Shown here: positions 53,001-64,000 of the stretch, in pieces
Numbering within the stretch: the stretch's first letter is position 1
How the letters are laid out: every line of letters begins with the position of its first letter
NCBI GenBank assembly: GCA_013239625.1
Contig: MU053557.1
Coordinates: forward strand, 6,149,842 to 6,213,841
From: Lama guanicoe
Lineage: Eukaryota
Reading direction: 5' to 3'
Length of the DNA stretch: 64,000 bases
Notes under the pieces: generated by a model
Database searches by the model: none
The model's input: the letters and a program-made list of their open reading frames with translations, nothing else
Told to the model about the DNA's origin: nothing
Program-made: the position numbers and the translations under genes

Positions 53001-54194
53001 TTGGTTGAAATAGCTTCTCAAGGCTGGCAGGTATGGTCGCTCTAGACCAGTGCCTCTCTCCTCCCAGGAACCCTGGATCTCTTCTGACCTGGATTTCTAG
53101 GCGGGCTCACCGTGGCTGATCATTCCAGAAACCCATTCAAGGGTAGAGTTCCCTGGTGGCCTTGTGCTGCTGTGGCCACTTCCTACCTCAGACCCTGGGG
53201 CTGCAAGCAATCATGATTCCTTCCTCCCCCTTTGGGAGCTCAGGACTGACTCTAGGAGAACGCTCCGGGGTAGAGAATACCAGGGCTGGCGCAAATGCAG
53301 TGTTGGGGAAACCCAGAGCGGGACAGAAGGGTCTTTTCCCAGTCCTGCAAAAGGCACGGGCTTGGAGGTCAGATCGAGTCCCAGCTCTGCCCCTCACCAA
53401 TTTGTGATTTTGTAAGTTACCTAAATGATGAATCTCAATTTCCACATCTGCAAAATGCATATAAAAAATACCTCCCTGTGTACTGAGAAATAAATGAAAT
53501 AATGGATGAAGAACCCTTAGCACAGGGCCTGGCACACAGGAAAGGCTCAATACATGGTGGCTTTTATTGTCCCAAACATTCACAAGGGAAGCAGCGTGGC
53601 ATCGTAATAAAGAATGCAGGCTTTGCAGTCATGGCCTGAGTTCAAATCCTGAGGGCTCATCACCTGGGGTGAGTTATCTCATTTCTCTCTGACTCAGTTT
53701 CTTCATCTCTGAAATGACAATCTCAAAAAGTTGTTGTGAAAATTCAATGACGTAAAGCAGGTAAAATACTTAGCAGGGCCAGGTACAGATTAAATCCTTA
53801 GTGACTTCAGTTACCACCATCACCGTTATTGGAGCCGTGGTCTCCAACGTGGGGTCGTGGGGTACGGGGCACGGAAATCTATGAGATTATTACAACTTTC
53901 TACATTTGCTTAAATTGTACTTTTCTGTTCTGTTTTTGATATTTGCTACACATACATAAAATTAAAGACACCCTATTAGGGGTTCAGGCTGATAAAAGTA
54001 CACAATCAAGAGTTTGGACTCAATGGGATGAAGCAGAGGAAGGAAAAGAAAGAGGGGGTAAGAAACACCAGTGGAAAAAAAAAAAAAGCATTTCTGTCCT
54101 CAAAAGGCAGCCTGTGTGCTTTGGAGGAATGGAGAGCACTTTTGGAGAGGATGGAGGGAATGTTGAATATAAGGGAGTGACTTCAGATGTGTAT

Positions 54195-54335
54195 GGTGGA
54201 GAAGGGTTATAGCTCCAGTGGTAGGGTGCATGCTCAGCACACAAGAGGTCCTGGGTTCAATCCCTGGTACCCACTCCAAGCAGAAACAAATGAAGAAACC
54301 TAAATATCGCCCCCCCATAAAATAAACAATACAAG
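54195..54335 (+). mobile_element. tRNA-derived SINE (vic-1-like, camelid) with an 11-bp TSD
   Basis: A box tagctccagtggtag, B box gggttcaatccc and an A-rich tail; CAGATGTGTAT direct repeats at 54184-54194 and 54336-54346. Confidence 0.8.
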
Positions 54336-54644
54336 CAGATGTGTATAGGAAGGGCAAATTGAGAGAAAAAAAACACAGTCTGGGAGATTTATGCAAAAAA
54401 TCACCCAGACCTCGGTGCCCCAGGAGTGAGGGACTGATGTCACTGCTGTGACCATTCAGCTACAATACTCACTTCAATGCAGGCCCTCTGAGCTCAACAC
54501 TCAAGGCCCCTGATATCCTTGCTATGTATCTGCCCTCCCCTCCCTCCTTTTCACCCACCACCACACCCACCCTCTAACCCCCTAAACCAGGAGTCTCTTT
54601 CACCAGCGTTTTCTATCCAGCCTTCTAGCAGCAAAACCGGTGCT

Positions 54645-54790
54645 TTTTTCAATTCTGGCTTCATTAATACCACCCGGGGAGTTTTTCAAACTTACCAAAG
54701 CGTAAGGCCAACCCCCAGAGATTCTGATTCAATGGTTCTGGGATGAGGCCTGGGCTTTGGTAACTTTTAAAAACTTTCCTAGGTGATTCC
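54645..54790. mobile_element. MER5A-like DNA transposon fragment (similar pieces at ~17395-17600)
   Basis: ccccagagattctgattcaatggttctgggatgaggcctggg...tttaaaaactttcctaggtgattc. Confidence 0.65.
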
Positions 54791-57700
54791 GCTAACTCTT
54801 CTAGGAAACCAGGAGGGACTTCTCCAGGGCTTGGGTCAACTTTTGGTGGATGTATCATTCCTCTGTTAGATGGAGGCTGCTTGTCTCCAAGGTATTGAGG
54901 GAAAAAAATCTTTAAATATGCACAATAATTCTTAGAGATACGCTTGTTCTGCCCTATCTGATAAAGATCCAGTAGACTTCCCTTCCCTCCCCCACCTCTG
55001 GTGGAAAAACCAGTTTGCCTCCATGTATAGTTCCTTTCACTGTAAAGGCGGCAACTGACTCTCTTCTGAGCTGGTTCTAACAGCTGCCTGAATAGAATAA
55101 GTAGAATAAAATGCTTAGTACACGATCATTTTTATATCTGTGTGGGTCATGATTTTACCTGTTCTTGAAAATTACTGTATGTTTCCCTGATGCACCCGCA
55201 AGGATTGTTGGGTGAAAGGTATGGGATGGTTTTCATGTTTTCTTTAGTGACTCCCTTGAAAAATCACAAAATAAAAAGAATCATCTGGCCTAGTGGTTTT
55301 CAAAGTCATTATACAGCCAGGAGAGGAAGTAACTTGACGGGTTAAGTAACCTGCCCAACTCATGAAGAAAATTAGTGATTAAGCAGGAGCTCATTTTTTA
55401 AAAGATATTTATTGAGCGTCTTCTGCATGCCCACCGGCAGGAGTTGGGGGCAGAACAGAAAATGAGACAGACAAGTCTCCCGCCCCCACATAAAGCTGAC
55501 AGTCTAGCGCAGTGATCTGCAAATTTCTCTGACCCTGTATACCACCAGTAACAAAAGATAAAAAAAGATCGTTCATCATGATAAACAAAAATATACTTTC
55601 TAAGCAGATTAGAAGCACACATAATAAGAGGTCTAACAGCTTCTTCCTGTACCCCAGAAAATCATCTTTAGTGCCTCCCAGGGTGAGTGCACCCCACTTC
55701 GGAGGCCCCTGGCCCATAAAATCTAGATCCTTTCCTTTCCCCTATTGGGATGGCTCCTCCCCCAACCCTCAGGGAAACACCCAGGACCAGCCCCTCTGCC
55801 CTCCAGGGTCTGCGTTTAATGAAACCAGAGGAAATGCCATTCCTGGCCCTGGGCCTGGGCACACCCCCCAGCTCTGAGCACTCGGTTTCTTGGAGAGCAG
55901 TGTCTTTCCCTCTCCTAACGCAGAAGCATCGATCCTCAGACTGGACAAGGCCCCAGGAGATCATCAGGCCATCCCAGGTTTGGAATTGGACTGGCCTGGG
56001 TCTGAATCCCAGCTTGGGTCACTTCTGTGAGAGACAGCAAAGCGAAGGGTCCCCCAGTGCAGAGGGAGGGGCCAGACTGCCCGAGACTGAAGACTGACTT
56101 GCTACTTAGGAGCTGTGTAGCCTCGGGCACATACTTAACCTCACAGGATGGGAGCTGAAAATAGCACCTACCTCAGAGAAATTGTGGTGAGGATGAAAAA
56201 AACTTAAGACACACCTAGTGCTTAGAAGATGCCCTGCCATACAGGACACACGATGTCAATGTTAATGTTCTTTCTTCCCTCAATTCTTGAGGGCTGCATT
56301 TCCACATCTGCAAAATGCGCATGGTAACAGCATCTAATGTATCAAGGGTTCAGCCGAGGCCTGGTAAGTTGGAGGGGTTCAACAAATAATAGAATTTACT
56401 ATTTCATTATTACTCACCAGGACACTGTTTTGCAGATGAGGAACCTGAAGTTTAGGCCACCTGCCTTTTCAAGTGCCACACCCTTCTGAGATTACAGCAG
56501 TAGCTCTTGATTCTCTGGGCAGGGCACTCCACAGTTTGCAAGGCACTTTTTCATGATGCCATCTTATAGTCCCGTGAGGATGTACATCAACCTCATCCTC
56601 ATCTTACACATGGGGGGGGTGGTCTGAGGCTCGAAGAACCCAAGGACAGGTGTTCCTCCTTAGCCAGTCTCAGTGGGCATTTTTCAACCCCAGGAGGAAA
56701 GAGAGTGTGGCTGGATTCCAAATCAAGAAGTTTAAAAAAGATAAAGGCATCTCCACCCAGACTTCCTCTCCTCGGTTGAGAGGGAGGTGGAGGGAACTGC
56801 ATGCTCAAAATCAGGGTAGAGACCACACCCTGTGCTTTGTCCCCACCCAAGAAGCATCTTGGAGGGGCTAGGTGGGTGAAGCTGGTGACACTACCAGACC
56901 TCCCCAGAAAATCCTAGAATGGCACAGTGAGAAGAGCCAGGCAGCCCCATTTTACCAACTCGCATCCCTCTAGAGAGGAAGGCACTAAGGCCCAGAGGGG
57001 TAGGATTGTGCCCAGGGCCCCAGCTGGTTAGTGGCAGGGCAGAGGCTGGGACTAGGTGTGGCTAGAGCCTCGTGGCCCAGGACTCCCTCCGGGTGGTGGT
57101 GCCGCAGTGCAGATGCTCCAGACGCTGGCAGCCGCCCAGTACTGCAGAGATCCCCGACCCCGTCCCTGAAATAAGCCCAAGAGGCCAGGGCCCCGACTTC
57201 CCAGGGGCAGCCCCCTCCTCTGACACTCGCAGTCTGCCCCAGCAACAGCTGTGGCCCTTATCCTGAAACCGCAAATATTTTCTGTATCCCAGCAGCCTGG
57301 GCCTCGGGAACAAAGAGAGGAAGGCAAAGGAAGATGGGTGAGTGGCTGTCACAGCTGCAAAGGGGGATGAAGGCCTCGACCCCACCCTACTTCCACAATT
57401 CTAAGTCTAAAACAGTTGAATCCTAGAAGCAGCAGCCAGTCTCACACTTTGCTAGAGACCATAAGTAAGGCCCAGAGAGGGAAGGCCCCGCCCAAGGACC
57501 CTCAGCACGGGGAACTGTAACCCAGCTTTCCACTGACCCCCAGGCCAGTGCCCTTGGCAATGGTGCAGCCTTGCCAGCCAGAAGGACAGGGTCCATGGGA
57601 GCTGAGGCTGGGCGGTCATTCACCTCAAAAGGGAGGCCAGGCAGGTCAGGATATCCCATCTGAGGCAGTGAGGCCAGCAATTTAAGGTGTGCTTTGGGCA

Positions 57701-58479
57701 AGGAGGAGGGAGAAGTGAGGGGAAAGGGCGGACTCGGGGGAAACCAGAGTTTTTTCACTGACCCAGGAGCCATATGTCCAAATTTGGCATTTTCGGGGAA
57801 GACCCACCAGGGTTTAGAGAAAAGGAGGGGGAGGGCGGAAGTAACGAGTGGATTGTCCTCACAAAGGACCCCCCTCCCTTCCCTTGCAGGGACTACCAGG
57901 GTAGACCGCGCTTTCCAAGCCTTTAATCATTCCTTGCAGCTGGCAAATAAATCAATTTTTACAGCCATTGTTTCCTCTGAGGGGGCTGGGTTTATCAGCT
58001 CTGGACTTGGAGCAGGAAATTGAGGCTCAGAGAGGGAAAGCTACTGATTCAAGGTCACACTGCGAGTTGCTGGTGGCGCTGAGATTCGGACTCAGGGTAT
58101 TTCACTCTTATGCTAGTTTTTGGGGAGTCATCTGAAGCCTCCAAACTTTGGAAAGGCCAAAACTGGGCTGAGGCGTAGCAGGAAGAAGGGTGGGGCCTCT
58201 GTCCCACCACAAGGCCCCTGGAGCCCAGCTGGGAGTCTCCCTTAGTGGTCCCAAGAGGACGGAAGGGTCCATCGGGGTCCCGACGTGTGGACAGCCTGTC
58301 CCTCATCAGCATTGCATACAAAGAGCCCTCTCCCAACCACACACACAAGCCGTCTCAGGTGCGGCCGGAGGGTCTGACTCTTTATACCCTCATTCTTCGG
58401 CCTCAGCTACACCCTTCCCTGCGGGTCCTTAGACCTCCGTCCAGCTGCCTCCAACCCCGGGCCTTCCACGCCCTTCCAG

Positions 58480-59220
58480 CCCCGCAAAGCAGGGCCAGGC
58501 GCCCTCGGCCCCTCCGCCACACCCTCCGCAGCCGCCGCCCGCCCGCCGACCCCCTCCACGGCCGCAGCCCGCGCGCCGTCCGCCTCCGCGTCTCCGCCTG
58601 CGGCGGTGGATTCGCTCCACCGCCCGGCCCCAGACACGCCCTGCCCGCGACCCTCTCGGGTTACCGCGCCCCGGGGGTCCCGGTCCCCGCGGCCCCCACC
58701 CCCCGCGCCCCTCCCGCTCCGGGGCGCCCCTCCCCGCGGGCGGCGGCAGGGGTAGCTCAGCGATGACGGGGCGATTATTGCTCACCCCCGCGTCCCTGCA
58801 GCCCCCCGGGGCGGGCGGTGTCCCACGGAGCGATCTTGTCTACGGCCTCAACCCACTCACCGCGCGGCGGAGGCCTCCTGGCGCAGATGAGCAGACGGAC
58901 GGACGGGCGGAGGGACGCGCAGACGCGGCGCTCGCTGGGTCGGAGCCCGTTAGCAGCGCAGCAGCAGCCGCAGCGCCGGAGCGGGCTGGGAGGACAGTCC
59001 TCGGCTCCGGGGCGGGACACGTGGCGCGCAGGGGCCAATCCGGCTCGCCCCGCCTCCCCTCCCCCCCTTGCCCACCTCCCAGGTTCATTTGCTCCGGGAA
59101 TCTTAGAATGTCAGCAGTCGGGAGGGGCCTCGCCAGGAGAACCGCCATCCGTGCTCAGACCCCAGATCTGAGACCTGGAGAAGCAGGGAGGATTCGGCCA
59201 AGGTCAATCGGCCAATCAGG
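58480..59220 (-). promoter_or_regulatory. ANXA6: CpG island / TATA-less ANXA6 promoter
   Basis: Very GC- and CpG-rich stretch. GC box GGGGCGGGA 59009-59017, E-box CACGTG 59018-59023, CCAAT at 59035-59039 and 59212-59216. Confidence 0.85.
58861..58990 (-). other. ANXA6: ANXA6 non-coding exon 1 (5' end approximate)
   Basis: Consensus donor GCG|GTGAGT (plus-strand actcac ending at 58860) inside the CpG island. GC box, E-box and CCAAT lie immediately upstream, and the exon has no ATG. Confidence 0.75.
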
Positions 59221-60434
59221 GCTAGAAGTCAAAGCTCCTGCCTGACTCCCAATTCTGGACACTTTCCTCCAAATTCCTACTGCTCGCCAAAGCTTTGTTG
59301 GGAAATAGAACCTTGAGATTTGACCAAATTAAGGCCACTCACTTTATCTGCCTGATGAGATTCCAACCCTCAAGAGCCCATCAGGTCTTAGCCACTTTCC
59401 CAAGGAGAGCTTAGAGAAGTTCTGTTTTTTAACCACAATCATACAGCTGGTAAGCCGTGGAGCGGGGATTCGAACCTGAGCCAGGTGACTCCAGGGAGTG
59501 CGTTTATTCTAGATTGACTCTGGGGAGTGCATAGTCCAGGGAAAAGTGAGAGACCAAGAGACCAGCAGTTATAATCTAGAGCTGTGGATAAAACCATAGA
59601 ATTATTTAAAAAGTGATAATGTCTTTGGGAATCCAGAGGATGAGAGGGGATTTGTAAAGACTTCCTGGAGGAGGTGATGCTGCAGTAAGATCAGTAGTAC
59701 TTCCCCACCCCTTAGAAATTCTGCTTTGGTGGAAAGATAGCAACCCTGGGCTGTCACTCAGCTGCTGAGTCTTCATGGGCAAGACGCTTAACCGCTCTGA
59801 TTTTCAATTTGCTCATCCAAAAGATAGGGATAATCAAAGTTTCTTCCAAAGGTTGTCCTCAATCTGTCACTAGTTTAGAGAACTCTAAGCCTCTAACAAG
59901 GGGACTTGGTTGGAAAGTATGTTGTTTCATTTATTCATTTCCCAACAAGCATTTATGGAGCATATGCTGCATGCTGGGCACTGAGCTGGGAGGCTGAAGG
60001 AAGCAGATGGAAAATGAGGCCCTGACCTGCCCTCATGGAGCTTCCACTCTTGTGGAAGACAGATGGTTAGGTCATTGTTATAAGAATTAGGCAGCTGTAA
60101 TCTGGAAACTATAAAGTGCTCTGATGGCCACAGCAGATGGACCCAGCCAAACCTAGACCTCTGGATGAGAGTGATGTTAAGTTGTAACCAAAAGATGAAT
60201 GGAATCTAGTAGGAGACTAAGAAGAAATTAAAACAATTACCTTAAGATAAGATGTGCTGTCAGTGGTAGCAATACCTTCTGAGATAGAATATGGAAGGGC
60301 TGACCCCAGGGAGGATGGAGGTGGGGGTCCCCTCAAGCATCATTACAGTATCTGCTATGTATCGAGCATTTTCTAGGAGCCAGGCATTGCTGTAAGCGCT
60401 TTACTTGCAATGTCACATTGAATCCTCACAGCTC

Positions 60435-60870
60435 ATTAATAAATATTTATTCAGCACCTACTCTGTGCCAGGCACTATTTTAGGAGCTTTGTCAGCAAAC
60501 CACATGCAGATCTCTGCCCTCATGGAGTCCGCATTTCCATCAGGAAATGAGAGAGACACACAACAAGTAACCATGACAATATGTTAGTAGGTGACAAGTG
60601 CCATGGACAAAATAGATGAAGAGTCCCAGGATGACAGGGGACGCTACAGTGTTATGGAGGGTGTTTGGCAGGGGCCTCAGTGAGAGGGTGAGATCTGAGC
60701 AAAGACATGGAGCAGGTGAGGCAAGTAGTGGAGCTGATGGGAGACCTGTGGGAAGAGCGCTCCAGGCAGAGGAACAGCTGGAGCACAGGCTCCAGGGCTG
60801 GAGCAGGCCTGCAGTGTTGGAGGAACAGCAGAAAGTGTGGCTGGAGTCCAGTGAGCAGGGAGGAGAGTAA
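60435..60870. mobile_element. L2 fragment (one of many L2/MIR remnants in the window)
   Basis: aaatatttattcagcacctactctgtgccaggcact...ctgccctcatggag...ttgaggaacagca. Confidence 0.7.
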
Positions 60871-60929
60871 GGGGGCGGGGAGGTTGAGGGGGTGGGGTTG
60901 TGGGAAGAGCCTGGAGCTCCAAGATCTGA

Positions 60930-61142
60930 AGGCAGGAAAAGATAGATGTCCCAGCCCCAGAAGAGGGAGACTGAACTTGCCTTTCATTTGCCTTTTGCTC
61001 CATTTGGGTCCTCAATGGACTGCAGAGGACCAGCCTCTTTGCTCAGTCTACTGAATCAGATGCTAATCTCATAGCTAATCAAATGCTTACTGTCACAGAT
61101 ACACCCAGAAATCATGTTTTACCTAGCTCTCTGGACAGCCCC
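60930..61142. mobile_element. MLT2-type ERVL LTR fragment
   Basis: ctcagtctactgaatcagatgctaatctc...cacagatacacccagaaatcatgtttta. Confidence 0.6.
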
Positions 61143-61144
61143 AT

Positions 61145-63250
61145 TGTGAAAGGAAAACCAAAATGGATTTGGGATTGTTGAGAGCTCTCTAAAATGGAGC
61201 CTGGAGGCAACTGAGGAAGAGTGACTGGTGTCTGTCTTAGCCTGGATGGAATCTGACCTTTTGAGCACTGGTTGTTCTCCAGAACATCTATTGTCACCCA
61301 GAACACCTGCCAGAACCTCAAGGTATTTATCAGACCCTTACCCTAAAGTAACCTGTACAGCCATCCCTTAAGGACAAATCTTTACTTTCTTGTGTCGGAG
61401 TCCAGCCTCCTGGTTTTTGCCTTTATAAGTCCTTGACTCTTTCTCTTCCCTGGAACACTCTTCCAGTTTTACCAGAATCTGTGTCTCCCAAATCACAATT
61501 CTTAAGACCCCAAATAGACTCTTATTTGCAGCTGTCTGCATTTCTTCAGTTGACATTACATGGTGTCAGACGAATGGGATACAGAGTGACCTGCCTTGTC
61601 CCTCGTTCCAGCACAACCATGGACTCCAGTAAGATACCTGCTCTGTGTTTCTTTGGTGGTCCTGGATGGTGGCGGTAAGCCCTCCTGTACCTGAACCTCC
61701 CACCTTGATAGAGGTTCTACTTTATTTTGGTGTCGTCTGTGCTGGCTTCTGTTTTCGGGACTTCCCATTTCAGCCTGGTGAGTAATTACTCCTGGAAAAA
61801 TGGAAAGTTCACTTTCTAAGGGTAAGACTGTAGAGCATCCTCCTTCTGCAACTCCTATTGGGTTTTTGACAAAAACTATGGACCCTCGTGTATAGCACAG
61901 GGAACTATACCCAATGGCCTGTGGTAACCTATAGTAAAAAAGAATACGAAAAAAAAATATGGTCCCATAGACCCAAATCGGCCAATTCAATCGTTCGTAT
62001 GTTTACTCAAAATCAAGTAAGTTCATGTCATCTCTGTTACAAAATTTGTCAGCAAGAAAAATAACTTGGTATGATAAAATTTTCATAAACATATTAAATG
62101 TAAATGTCATAAGAGTTCTTAGGTGAACTCTTTAGAATAAATATGTTTTATGATATGTCTACTTAAATTGTTTTCTTCTATCTTTTTGGTAACTTGAAAC
62201 AGGGTTTTGCTAAATTAAGTTAAATGATTGAAATGTATTAAATATCTAGATCAATCCCAAATAAAATAAGATACTGAGATGTTAATTATTGAACACTGGC
62301 ATCCTTTAACAGAGAAACTAAACATATTTGGAACTATTTGTAAATATCTTTGGTGCTACACTGAGAACATTTTCTATGAGAAAGCACGTGTTTCTAGAAA
62401 TTGTAAAAAAGTATTTATGTTTGCCAACCTACAGAGAACTATTGTAAAAGACAGCTCATAATTGCTTACTTCTTAGTTTGCACTAGAAATTGAAGTTTTT
62501 AAAGGTTAGGAATTTTAATATATGTGATTGTTGACTGAAATAAAATGTACAACCTAAAAGTTGAGTGTTTTATTCGGTGGAAATTTTGGAGGACTCAGCC
62601 TGGGATGGCAGCCTCTCAGGTCGCTCTGAGGGACTGCTCCGAAGAGGTAGGGGAGGAGCCAGGACACATAGGAGTTTTACAGCAAAGAGCAGGTAGTCAG
62701 AACATTAAAACGTTACTGTTAATTAAAGAAAACCAACGTCAAGTTAAAGAATTTAGCGCTTTTCTATGTACGGGAAGGAGCAAATGTCTGGGCTCATGGA
62801 AATCATTCCTTTGATATGCACCTTAGCTATCTAGGGCCAGTGTCCCTTTCTTTCCTGTCCCTCAGGGGCACCATAGGGGGCGGCTGCAGAAGCCGAGCTC
62901 CCTGCTCGTTTGTATCCTGAGTTGGCTGATGCCTTGATGGCCACAGCATTCTTTGTTCATTTCTATGATTTGCGGTATTTTTCTTTCACAAAGTCTTTGT
63001 TATATTGTTTAAATGGAAAACTAAGCGTATTTTCACAGTGACCTATGATCCTATTTGACCAAGTGTTGTGAAAACTTTTATCTAAAAAAAGTTCTAAATG
63101 AAGTCTTTTTTAACTTAGAACTAACTTTGAGATTTGAAATATTTCAGAGGGCCCCTGAAGTTATCAAAGATGTGTTCTCGCTCCTCACCAAAGGGAGGTG
63201 TTAAACTAATGAGACTTTTGTGATATGTTCTATTACGCGGGAAGCACTGT
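61145..63250 (+). mobile_element. Degenerate ERV: 5' LTR 61145-61555, tRNA-Leu-type PBS 61561-61580, decayed internal sequence
   Basis: TG...CA LTR (TGTGAAAGGAAAA...TTCAGTTGACA) followed by TGGTGTCAGAcgAaTGGGAT, which resembles the complement of a tRNA-Leu 3' end. A gag-like start ATGGAAAGTTCACTTTCTAAG lies at ~61800; no intact ORF. Confidence 0.7.
62529..62990 (-). mobile_element. Second ERV1 LTR (MER41-like) in opposite orientation within the ERV internal region
   Basis: Reverse complement reads TGTGAAAGAAAAA...AATAAAA...TTCAGTCAACA; the body resembles cetartiodactyl MER41-type LTRs as recalled. Confidence 0.65.
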
Positions 63251-64000
63251 TTTTTGTGCTGTGAAGGGCCGACTCAGTGGAGGGTTTGGATGAGGACCTG
63301 ACAGGAAAGGGCTGAGGATAACCAGCATCAACTACTTATTCCTGGAGTTTTGCTGCAAAAGGCGGCAAAGAAATGAGGCAGTGTCTGGCAGGAGGACTGA
63401 GGTCGAGAGGAGGGTTTTGTTTTTTGTTTTTTTGTATTTTGTTTTTTTAAGACTGGAGACATCACAGCATATTTGTGTGCTGATAGGAATGGTCAGATAG
63501 AGAGGAAACACTGAAGGTTGGGAAAGAGTGGGATCTAATGTGCAGGTGTAAGGGTTGTTATTATCATTAATTTGTGGTAAAGTTAACTGAAATTCAGAGA
63601 CTTTATGGTCTTTGCCCAAAGTCAGCCCAAGAGACTAAGGCAGGAGTGAAAGCTGAGTCCCCTGACTGCAGAGCCCAGGGTCTTATTCCCTGAGCTACAG
63701 AAAAAAGTCTAACATACCGCTTATCCTTTTTGAGCTGATCATCTCATTTCTGGGAATCAGTCCTAAGAAAATAGATTGAAATACAGAGAAAGCTTTTTTA
63801 GGCCCGACAGTATATTTTTTACACGCAAAAAGGAAACAACCTGAACATACAGGGACTGTGGGATAGCAAGTAAACATCCTCACTGGCTAGGATACACAAA
63901 AACCTGGAAGGAGACAAACAGGATGGAAATAGGCTAAGGTGACTTCATCCTTTTGGTGCTGTCCCGAGCCCCGTCCTCCATGGAGGGGCCCTTCCGAAAG

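Larger units (their letters stand above)
11280..58990 (-). other. ANXA6: Annexin A6 gene span (26 exons, plus a duplicated copy of exon 25)
   Basis: Manual exon assembly gives 2022 nt (MAKPAQGAKYRGSIHDF...LLAICGGED*, 673 aa) with eight annexin repeats (GxGTDE-type loops) and GT-AG boundaries. It matches the mammalian ANXA6 sequence as I recall it. Transcript ends are approximate. Confidence 0.98.

Noticed and set aside
54198..54272. tRNA gene
   Set aside because: Degenerate stems, A-rich tail and TSD indicate a SINE, not a functional tRNA.
58245..59245. Overlapping Arg/Pro/Ala/Gly-rich ORFs
   Set aside because: Stop-codon depletion in the CpG island; no coding hallmark.
61800..63250. Functional ERV gag/pol/env
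   Set aside because: Interrupted by stops, frameshifts and nested insertions; no long ORF.

Overview
Mammalian genomic DNA, probably camelid (inferred from a vic-1-like tRNA-derived SINE). The window holds the complete annexin A6 gene (ANXA6) on the minus strand. It has a CpG-island promoter and non-coding exon 1 near 58.9 kb, 25 coding exons from 50031 (ATG) to 12009 (TAG), and an AATAAA at 11303-11308. All coding introns are GT-AG, and the exons join into a 2022-nt, 673-aa ORF. The main anomaly is an apparently identical 535-bp tandem duplication (15100-15634 and 15636-16170, with a 1-nt junction). It carries a second intact, splice-competent copy of the frame-symmetric exon 25, which is either a real recent exon duplication or an assembly artifact. 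The first ~7 kb is rich in NF-kB sites and has perfect minus-strand splice donors; by recalled synteny this is probably the upstream promoter and alternative first exons of TNIP1. The rest is intronic or intergenic DNA with L1, L2/MIR, MER DNA-transposon, MaLR and ERV remnants. ORF-track entries outside ANXA6 exons look spurious. I found no convincing novel biological system beyond the exon duplication. Repeat family names and homology calls are from recall, not database searches.
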